50,604 bases of DNA. It comes from Balanoglossus misakiensis (Eukaryota > Animalia > Hemichordata). Positions within the stretch are counted from its first letter, which is position 1. Each line of letters starts with the position of its first letter. Below are positions 1-8,878 of this stretch, in pieces. Made by a program: the position numbers and the translations under genes. The stretch spans positions 1-50,604 of the forward strand of contig JBECUI020000057.1 of the NCBI GenBank assembly GCA_040954595.2, in the 5' to 3' direction. The notes under the pieces are model-generated. The model saw only the letters and a program-made list of their open reading frames with translations. It had not been told where the DNA came from and made no database searches.

Positions 1-1053
1 TCAAGCTGGCGCCCGCATAATTAATATACCGGATACCGTGGGCTATACCATACCACAAGAGTACTACGATACCATACGCATGCTCAAAAAAGAGTACCTG
101 ATATTGATAAGGTAATTCTCTCGGCACATTGCCATAATGACTTGGGATTGGCTGTAGCTAATTCTCTGAGTGCACTGCAGGCAGGTGCCAGACAGATAGA
201 AGTTACCATTAACGGAATAGGAGAACGTGCAGGGAATACCGCTTTGGAGGAGATTGTTATGGCCCTTCAAGTGCGCAAACCCTTGATACAACTGGATACA
301 AAAATTCGTACCGAATACCTCTATCCCACTTCTCGTCTCTTGATGACCATGATTGGCTTTCCGATTGCTCGAAACAAGGCCATTGTCGGCGAGAATGCCT
401 TCTCTCACGAAGCAGGAATACATCAAGACGGGATGCTCAAGCATCCCGAAACGTATGAGATTATGACCCCAAAGCATGTTGGGCGCACTTCCAGCAATAT
501 TATTCTGGGCAGACATTCAGGTATGCATGGATTTAAGCATAGATTGCAACAGCTTAACATCAAACTTGAGCACGAGACAATGAAAGATGCATTTGATAGT
601 TTTCTCAAGCTGGCCGATAAAAAGAAAGAAATATACGACGAAGATCTGTTTTCACTGCTCATCAATCAAATAAATAATGATATTGTCTTATACAAACTAC
701 TAAAATTTACTGTTCTTTCTGATTCTGAGAAAGGAAGCAGCAGCAAAGGTGCTCATACAAAAAGGTGATAAAACATTTGAAGGTGAAAGCAACGGAGACG
801 GACCAATTGATGCTATCTTTCGTGCTATTGAAGCGGCAATTAATATTAAGACAAAACTATTAGAATACAAGGTCCCGTACATGCAGTTACACCGGGAAAA
901 CAAGCACTTGGAGAAGTATCCCTTTTGCTTTCTATACATGGGAAACGTAATTTAGGACGAGGATCCTCCACTGATATAGTGGAGGCAAGTGCCATAGCTT
1001 TTATGAATGCTATAATACATAATCAATTATTACAGGAGGTACCACATCCATGA
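1..1053 (+). CDS. leuA: 2-isopropylmalate synthase, 5'-truncated by the window edge and split by frameshifts (probably sequencing indels)
   Basis: Joined frames read INIPDTVGY...[16 protein letters not shown]...GIGERAGN...HEAGIHQDG...LGRHSG...GDGPIDA...[13 protein letters not shown]. The TGA at 1051-1053 overlaps the next ATG (ATGA). Confidence 0.92.
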
Positions 1054-2659
1054 CAAGTAAAACAGATAATAATCTGATAACGATATATGACACAACACTT
1101 CGTGATGGTGTGCAAGCAGTAGATGTGAATTATACACTTGATGATAAGATTGCCATAGCCTTAGAGCTGGATAAGATGGCAATGGACTACATTGAAGGAG
1201 GATTCCCTTTTTCAAATGAAAAGGATAGCCAGTTCTTTGAACAAATTAAGAAGGAGAAGTTATCTCATGCAACCATTACCTCCTTTGGCAGCACCCGGAA
1301 AGCGGGTGTTATAGTTTCGGACGACCGGGCATTCGCTGTCTGCTTGAAACAGAAACTCCGGCAATAACCATTGTAGGTAAGAGTTGACAAAACATGTAAC
1401 TGAAATACTGAAAACCACCCTAAAAGAAAATCTTGCAATGATATACGACACCGTGTACTTTCTGAAAAAAGAAAACCGGGAAGTTATCTTTGATGCAGAA
1501 CATTTTTTTGACGGGTTTAAGGATGATCCTCAGTACGCACTGCAGGTTCTTCGCACCGCTACCGATGCAGGGGCTGATTTCGTTGTTATCTGTGACACCA
1601 ACGGGGGAACCCTTCCGCATGAGGTAGAAAGAATTATGAAAAAACTCATAGGAGAAAAACTTGCACCCCTTGGTGGACATTTCCATAATGACTGCGAAAC
1701 TGCAGTTGCCAACAGCCTTATTGCAGTCGAACAGGGTGCAACACAGATCCAGGGAGGGCACAATAAATGGCTGGGGCGAACGGTGGTGGCAATGCAAACA
1801 TTTGCAGTCTCATACCCAATTTGGCATTAAAACAGGGTCTAAAAACTTTCATCTGCTAAAAATATGAAACATCTGACCTTTCTCTCTCGTTTTGTTTGTG
1901 AGAAGGCAAATATCATTCCCGACAAACGGCAACCATTCGTTGGAGAGGCATCATTTAGTCATAAGGCAGGACAGCACGCTGATGTCATTATGAAATCCGA
2001 TAACCTCATGGAACATATTAATTCCGAACAGGTCGGGAACCAACGGTATATTATTCTATCGGAACTCGCCGGTAAATCTACAATTATTGACAAGTTAAAG
2101 CCATACGGATCGTTCGAAAAATCTTCTCCGGTCGTAACCAAACTCTTTGAAACACTGAAAGAGCAAGAAAACATGGGCTATGAATACGAAGCTGCCGAAG
2201 CATCATTTGATATATTGATGCGCAAACAACTAGGACTCTACACCCCTATTACCGACCTCAAGAATTACCATCTGGAAACGTTCAAAACAGGTCTTCAGGA
2301 CTCAATAACGGTTGGAAGGGCATTCTTAACGGTCAAGAACAGAGAACTGATGGGGGCAGCTGTCGGTACGGGGCCTGTGCAAGTGCTTGATGCTACCATG
2401 CGCAATGCCTTGGAAGCGGAGTACCCATTTCTTAAGAAGATACGGCTCGTTGATTACCGTGTACGCGTATTAACCCTTGATGCTCCAGTTAAGAATGCTG
2501 CCAAGCAAGGTACGGGTATTGGTATGTACAACCGACCATGTACATTTTTGGAACACGGTTGGCGTACACGCAAACATTATTGAAGCATCCTGGCAGGCAA
2601 TTATGGACAGCTTTGATTACTACTACAATCAATTCATTGTGTCATATCCTAGCCCGTAG
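1050..2659 (+). CDS. cimA: citramalate synthase (LeuA paralogue), split over four ORFs by frameshifts
   Basis: [93 protein letters not shown] and [17 protein letters not shown] are typical of the bacterial CimA subfamily. Confidence 0.85.
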
Positions 2660-2721
2660 GGGAATCGAACCCCTGTTTCGGGAATGAGAATCCCGTGTCC
2701 TAACCCCTAGACGAACGGGCC
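2650..2721 (-). tRNA. tRNA-Glu (anticodon CTC)
   Basis: The reverse complement GGCCCGTTCGTCTAGGGGTTAGGACACGGGATTCTCATTCCCGAAACAGGGGTTCGATTCCCCTACGGGCTA folds as a cloverleaf with T-loop GTTCGA. No CCA is encoded. Confidence 0.95.
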
Positions 2722-2723
2722 AG

Positions 2724-2794
2724 CTTCCCGGGGAGGATTTGAACCCCCACCAACAGAACCAGAATCTGTTGTGCTACCATTACACCACCAGGAA
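2724..2794 (-). tRNA. tRNA-Gln (anticodon CTG)
   Basis: The reverse complement TTCCTGGTGGTGTAATGGTAGCACAACAGATTCTGGTTCTGTTGGTGGGGGTTCAAATCCTCCCCGGGAAG folds as a cloverleaf. No CCA is encoded. Confidence 0.95.
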
Positions 2795-2810
2795 AAATAT
2801 TGGTAATAAT

Positions 2811-2839
2811 ATAATAACGCGAGTGCATAGCACTGTCAA
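2811..2839 (-). promoter_or_regulatory. sigma70-type promoter for the tRNA-Gln/tRNA-Glu pair
   Basis: TTGACA (2839-2834, overlapping the coaD stop), a 17-bp spacer, then TATTAT (2816-2811), just upstream of tRNA-Gln. Confidence 0.65.
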
Positions 2840-3324
2840 GCATTGGAAGGAGATATTTTCTTTTTCAGGGCATCTACCACAATTGCAGGCACCATATTGG
2901 ATATGTCCCCTCCGAGGCGAGCAAGCTCCTTTACAGTTGATGATCGGGTAACAAGATATTCAGGATGTGTCGGAAGAAATATAGTCTCTACACGGGCATT
3001 GATTGAACGGTTTATAATTGACAGATCAAACTCATAGCCAATATCACCGGGGGATCGAATTCCACGAACAATTATACGGGCATCTACATTCTGTGCGAAA
3101 TCCACAATAAGCGCTGCCAGACATGAAATGTAACATTCTTAACAGGATGCCAAAATTTTCCTGCATAAGTGCTAACCTCTCATTACTGGAGAAGGTATAC
3201 TTCTTCATGGGGTTTGCAGCTATAACAACAAATACCTCATCGAAGATGCTACTAGCTCGTTGTATGAGATCAATATGTCCTTTTGTGGGTGGGTCAAATG
3301 ACCAGGTGCTATTACACGAAGCAT
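2836..3324 (-). CDS. coaD: pantetheine-phosphate adenylyltransferase, frameshifted
   Basis: MLRVIAPG/SFDPPTKGHIDLI...NPMKKYTFS...IVRGIRS...YEFDL...ETIFL...SSTVKELARLGGDISNMVP. Confidence 0.92.
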
Positions 3325-3366
3325 GCCATAGTGTATACCGATATAGAATCAATTACAAGATAGCGA

Positions 3367-3561
3367 TTAGCTTTTCTTTTTTGTTTTCTTTTTGAGATGT
3401 TTTGTAACCTTTCTTACGGTTGCATCAGTTTTATCGCACATTTCTCGGGTAAGGATGGACGCCAAGTTAATAACCGCCGTATCGATATAGTTACTATCTC
3501 GCAAGTTAATGCGTAATTCTTTGATGCGATCATCACTAATGTGATGTGAATTTCGTCCCAT
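3367..3561 (-). CDS. small hypothetical protein with a Lys-rich C-terminus
   Basis: The ORF fills the yraN-coaD gap in the operon direction, with an ATG 5 bp after the yraN stop (MGRNSHHISDDRIKELR...). Confidence 0.45.
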   Translation of the reverse strand: MGRNSHHISDDRIKELRINLRDSNYIDTAVINLASILTREMCDKTDATVRKVTKHLKKKTKKKS

Positions 3562-3565
3562 ACAG

Positions 3566-3910
3566 CTACTCAAATACGTTTCTAAAATGTTGTACATTCA
3601 TAGTCGGTGCAAGAATAAGAATAACATCAAAGCGCAAGGGCAGGTGATTATACTGATGATGAGTAATGAGAAAGGCTTGCGCTGTTTTTTTCATGCGTTC
3701 CCGCTTCTTATTTGACATAACGTATTGCAAATCTAAGCACCGATAATACTGCCATGTTTTTACCTCTGCAAAAACAAGTACAGCATCTTCAATATATATA
3801 ATATCGACTTCTCCGGCATAAGACCTGAAGTTATTTTTAACTAGTTTGCATGATATTTTGTGTAAATATTGCCGGGCGAGTTCTTCACCCCACATTCCCA
3901 ACTCATTCAT
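3566..3910 (-). CDS. yraN: YraN/UPF0102 family endonuclease-like protein
   Basis: LGMWGEELARQYL...NFRSYAGEVDII...VFAEVK...RFDVI. Confidence 0.9.
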   Translation of the reverse strand: MNELGMWGEELARQYLHKISCKLVKNNFRSYAGEVDIIYIEDAVLVFAEVKTWQYYRCLDLQYVMSNKKRERMKKTAQAFLITHHQYNHLPLRFDVILILAPTMNVQHFRNVFE

Positions 3911-3992
3911 AGGACATAATCTATAGCACATTGGTACACAATGTACTTAGATTACAAGAAAAGAGAGAGAAAAGATTCAAAAAAAGAAAGAA

Positions 3993-4346
3993 TTATCTCT
4001 TCTTTTTTATTAATTCTTTAACTGTAGCTTTTTTGCCGACTTTATCGCGAATATAGTATAGCTTAGCACGCCGTACCTTTCCATGCCGGGTAATTTCAAT
4101 TTTTTCAACACGAGGAGAATGAAGCGGAAATATCCGCTCAACACCGACACCATAAGACATTTTTCGTATGGTACAGGTCTTTTTGATTCCACTGTTTTTC
4201 ATTGCAATAACCAGCCCTTCAAAGAGCTGAATTCGTGCACTTTTCCCTTCGACTATGCGAAAATGAACGCATACTGTATCACCAATGTGTATCGCCCCAA
4301 TGTTTTCTTTTGCTTGCTGATTTTCTATAGCAGTAATAAGGTTCAC
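3993..4346 (-). CDS. rplS: 50S ribosomal protein L19
   Basis: GDTVCVHFRIVEG...RIQLFEG...RKMSYGVGVERIFPLHSP...GKVRRAKLYYIR. Confidence 0.98.
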   Translation of the reverse strand: MNLITAIENQQAKENIGAIHIGDTVCVHFRIVEGKSARIQLFEGLVIAMKNSGIKKTCTIRKMSYGVGVERIFPLHSPRVEKIEITRHGKVRRAKLYYIRDKVGKKATVKELIKKKR

Positions 4347-4369
4347 AATATTTCTCCAACTATCGTAGT

Positions 4370-5073
4370 CTACACTTTTTTATTTCTTATGTCAACCCCT
4401 TGTTGATAGCGTTCAAATAAATCGGGGCGTCTGCTCCGCGTACGATCGAGCCGCTGCTGGCGACGCCATAGACGAATATTTTCATGATTTCCCGAAAGAA
4501 GTACCTCCGGGACATTCATATTCCGAAATGACGCAGGACGTGTATACTGCGGATATTCCAACAGTGACTCTACGAAACTTTCTTCCGATAATGAGTCTTG
4601 GTTAATAACGCCCTTTACCAGTCTGATGACTGAATCGATAATAACGAGAGCTCCTAGTGCTCCTGAAGAAAGCACATAGTCACCGACAGATATTTCATCA
4701 TGAACGTATAATTCCGTAATACGTTCGTCTACACCTTCGTAATGCCCACAAATAAATACAAGGGTTTCTTCTTGAGCAAGTTCGTGAGCAAGTTTTTGAC
4801 TTAAAGGTTTCCCGGCAGGTGTTGGCAGGATTACTCTCTTGGGGTTAAATTTAATTGTGTCCATTGCCAAAGCAATGGCTCCACCATCAAGAGCATGCCT
4901 GCCCCTCCGCCATACGGAGCATCATCACAACTATTGTACGCACCCGAAGCATAATCACGTATATTTATAACAAAAAAGTTAATAAACGCTCTGACGCCTG
5001 CCTTGGCAACTATAGAAGTGCTAAAATACTCCGTTAAAAAATCAGGAAAAAGAGAAAGAACAACTATATTCAT
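4370..5073 (-). CDS. trmD: tRNA (guanine37-N1)-methyltransferase, frameshifted near 4870
   Basis: LSLFP...DDAPYGGGAGML / CGHYEGVDER...SVGDYVLSSG...SFVESLLEYPQYTRP...VPEVLLSGNH. Confidence 0.95.
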
Positions 5074-5076
5074 TTT

Positions 5077-5597
5077 CTATTCAAGTATCCACGTTTGTTT
5101 TAATTCAACTTGATTGTGCATGAGATCAACATCTCCAATAAAAATGCTCAATAAATGGAACAAATTTACTGTTAGTAGCATGTGAACATTGTATTTCAAG
5201 CAATGTACAATTACTGCTTTCAATAACAGCACAAATAGTTCCTATACTTGTTTGATTATGTATAACATCAGCATTCACGAGATCAGCAGCATAGTATTCG
5301 TTTTTTGAAGTGGATGGCAAATTCTCTTGAAACCAATATATAAGAGTTTAACCATGGAGTAGCGGATTCGATTGTATTAATGTCTTGTAGTTTGAGTACG
5401 ATAGATGTGCTATTTGAATGTAAGCACGAAACGTGAAACTGGTAGCGTTGTCTATCTCTTAGCAAGACACAGTTCTTTAAAACTAAAAAATGTTCCCAAT
5501 CACCAGAAAAGCTCGTAACCGATACTGCTCCATATAAACCATGGGTTTTTTTTATACTTCCTATGGCTATGAGATTATCGGTTTTCAACTTTTTCAT
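5077..5597 (-). CDS. rimM: ribosome maturation factor RimM, frameshifted
   Basis: IGSIKKTHGLYG...EYYAADLV...LLEI...FVPFI...WILE*, in the canonical position between khpA and trmD. Confidence 0.88.
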
Positions 5598-5601
5598 GTG
5601 A

Positions 5602-5838
5602 TCAGTCACGTATTTCAAGTACTGTCCTTTTACCAGTCCGAAATGCGGCAACAGACAAAAGGCTACGAATTGCCTTTGCCGTACGTCCATGCTGTCCAAT
5701 GATTTTCCCCATATCTTCTGCAGCTACACGAAGCTCAATAATGGTTGATTGCTCACCTTCTAGCATAGTAACGTTTACCTCATCCGGTTTTGTAACAATT
5801 GCACGAGCTATATACTCGACAAGTTCCTTTTCCACCAC
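5602..5838 (-). CDS. khpA: KH-domain RNA-binding protein (UPF0109)
   Basis: [12 protein letters not shown]...[27 protein letters not shown]. Confidence 0.93.
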   Translation of the reverse strand: MVEKELVEYIARAIVTKPDEVNVTMLEGEQSTIIELRVAAEDMGKIIGQHGRTAKAIRSLLSVAAFRTGKRTVLEIRD

Positions 5839-5865
5839 AATACCTCCGCAGTAAAATCTATTGTT

Positions 5866-6115
5866 TTATTTCATAAGATAAATATTATGTTTATTCAACA
5901 AGCGCTTGACGGTGTCCGTAACTTGCGCTCCTTGTTCCAACCAATGAGCAACCTTATCTTTATTTATACGAACCTGATCCTTTCTTCTCTATTGGATGAT
6001 ATAAACCAAGTTCATCGATAGTCTTCCCATTTCGTGGACTCTTTGAATCCATTACTACAATTCTGTAGTACGGTCTCATTTTAGTACCAAATCGCTTTAA
6101 TCGTATCTTTATCAT
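5866..6115 (-). CDS. rpsP: 30S ribosomal protein S16 (absent from the ORF track; one frameshift near 5980)
   Basis: Manual translation: [43 protein letters not shown] / [28 protein letters not shown]. Confidence 0.93.
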
Positions 6116-7413
6116 GATAACCCCTTCATACTTTCCATGGCTTTATTTTTGCTCATACGCTTTATCATTATCTTTATCTTATCAAAACGCTTCAAAAAAT
6201 TGTTAACATCAAACATAGTTCGACCAGATCCTCGAGCAATTCGACGTCGTCTTGATAGTCCGATAAGCCGGTGATTTTGTCTCTCTGTTTTTGTCATAGA
6301 CTCAATCAACGCTTTCTCCTTTTTGATCTTTTCATTCATCTGATCAATGTCCATATCGTTATTGCTCATACCCGGAAACATCTCTGTGAGTTGTTGAACC
6401 GAGCCTATACTTCCCAATAGCTGAAACTGCTTGTAATAATCTTCAAGAGTAAATTGCGCCTTAACAAACTTTTTCTGTAATTCTTCGGCTTCTTCTTATC
6501 TACTACACTCTCGGCACGTTCAACCAAGCTAACAATATCTCCCATACCAAGAATGCGCGAAGCAATCCGGTCGGGATAAAAAATCTCAATATCTACCGGT
6601 CTTTCACCGGTACCGATAAATTTAATAGGACAGCCAGTAACGCTACTAATACTCATAGCAGCACCACCTCGCGTATCCGAGTCAAATTTGCTGAGAATAA
6701 CACCACTGAGCTCTATGTACTTGCTAAATACCTTTGCAGTTTCCGCTGCAGATGTCCGGTCATGGCATCGGCTACAAGCAGTGTTTCTACAGGCTGCAGA
6801 ACCTTAGATATCAGTACAATTTCCTGCATATCTTCTTCTTGCATACGCCCGGCACTATCAGTTAACAAAATGGAATACTGATTCTTCTTTGCATAGCTCA
6901 CTACGTCTTTAATACGATTGGGCTCCTGTGCTTCATAAAAATCTATTTTCACACGCGCTGCAAGTTGTTGTAACTGTTCCACAGCAGCGGGACGAGAATA
7001 ATCCATGGTAGTCAGCAAAACCTTATGCCCGTTCTCCTGTAAGCGTTTAGCAAGTTTAGCAGCAGTTGTGGTCTTTCCTGACCCCTGTAGCCCAACAAGT
7101 AAAATGCCTGACAGCTGATTGCCACTATGAATATGCAATTCAGCATGAGTGCTCCCTAAGATTTCTACCATTTTATCATAGACAATCTTAGTAAACTGTT
7201 CCCCTGGTTTACCGATTTTAGAACACGTTCGCCTGTCGCTAATTCAATAGTATGATTTACAAAGCGACGACCAACACGAAGATTTACATCCGCATCAAGA
7301 AGAGCTGTTTTAATTTGTTCTACAGCATCGCGTATGTTCTTCTCGCTAATATGCTGCTTAAGACTAATGGCTTGTATTGCGGAACTTAACCGCTCTCTTA
7401 TTTTATCTAACAT
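6112..7413 (-). CDS. ffh: signal recognition particle protein Ffh, split by frameshifts
   Basis: [78 protein letters not shown]. Confidence 0.95.
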
Positions 7414-7499
7414 AATTTCAATATTCTTATTACTACACTTTATATAGTAGTATTAATTAAAACATTTATCAAACCTTTATGCATCGTTCTCCCATGCAA

Positions 7500-8747
7500 T
7501 TACCGTATAAAGAAAAAATGCCGTGCAATGTACTCCATTCGTTGACGGGCAGGTATATAATATGGGCTTAATGGATAATCTCTGACCAACTGCTCATAGA
7601 TATTATACGATATGTCAATGTTTCTCTGTTCAACGTCCTCTTCGTTTATTCGAGCCAAGCGAAATAAAATTTCATCAATACGACTGTTCTCATCTATTTT
7701 TTTCAAGCACAGTACTAAGCTCTGCGTTATCCGACTCCAAAATGGCATCTATGCTCGGAAGAAATTCTCGCGATACCATTTGTCGGAGCAAGGTGGCATC
7801 ATTAGAAGAAGCACTGCTAATGATGGTAGTATCCGAACTCGATGTATTACTTCCCACTAAATCGGGAAGAACAGCCCTAGTTCAGTTACTACTTCAGTTT
7901 CGCTTGCAGTATGTTCGGACAGCTCGGACAAGGGCGCAACCTGTACCTGTATCTGATAATCCTTATTTGCTGATAGAAGATCCTGTCGTTCAAATCGAAG
8001 GGTATAATCTCCGGCTGCCGCAAATTGAAACGTAAAAACTGTTCCCTCGGCGGCAAAATTTACATCAACTAATTCAATATAACGATTATCAGCACCTGAT
8101 GAATAATATACCCAACCAATATCCGGAAGCTGTACTCGTATCTGTTCATCAACATAGGCAATAAGGTCATCTGCACCTGAAAGTGCTGATCCTGTAGCCG
8201 GCTGAATATTCTCTATTGTTTTCTTATCTGTTTTCTCATCCACTGTTTTCTCAGTTCGCATCTCTATTGACTGAGTGTTTTCGATTGTCCGAGCTGCCTG
8301 CACAGGGTCCCTACTCCGAACAGGGACTAAGGCAACGACCTTGCTAGATAGCGGTGGATACTCCAAAACAACAGGAGCCGACATTGTTTTTGGAGACAGT
8401 GCAATAGCAAGAACCTCCGGCTGAAAAAGAGCGGGAGAAACAGATACAATATCTTCCGTCTGCCGGGAAATATTACTATGCATAAATGTTTCAGATTCTA
8501 CTGTTTCCTCAACTAGATGGAGCACTGCCCCATCATCCCTGTCTACACCCTCTTTCATAATAATCGTTACTTCTGCTGTCTCAACTTCGGGAGGCGACAA
8601 GAGAAATGTCTGCCTGCCATCCCTATGAACTCCTACTACGGCAACATCCGGTTGACTCAATGAAGTAGCACAGGAAAGCAATGAGAAAGCGCTTATAATA
8701 ATAACAATAAAAAAATTAATATTGACCATTTTACTACACAGAGACAA
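7500..8747 (-). CDS. lipoprotein with a C-terminal TPR (BamD/YfiO-like) motif, frameshifted
   Basis: Lipobox LLS-C. The frames join through 7857 and ~7700 to EILFRLARINE...YEQLVRDYPLSPYYIPARQRMEYIARHFF. Confidence 0.6.
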
Positions 8748-8878
8748 AAAACTTTATCCTGGTAGCATTATTATAACATCTTTCCCCTGAATAATGCATA
8801 AGAAAACTGCTTATTATGCTAATAATTAATAGCAAATATACTATACAAAGTAGTAAACAAAGTAGTAAACATTGCTAT

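Noticed and set aside
1-7413. Programmed ribosomal frameshifting in housekeeping genes
   Set aside because: There are multiple shifts per gene in both directions with no consistent slippery site, which fits assembly indels.
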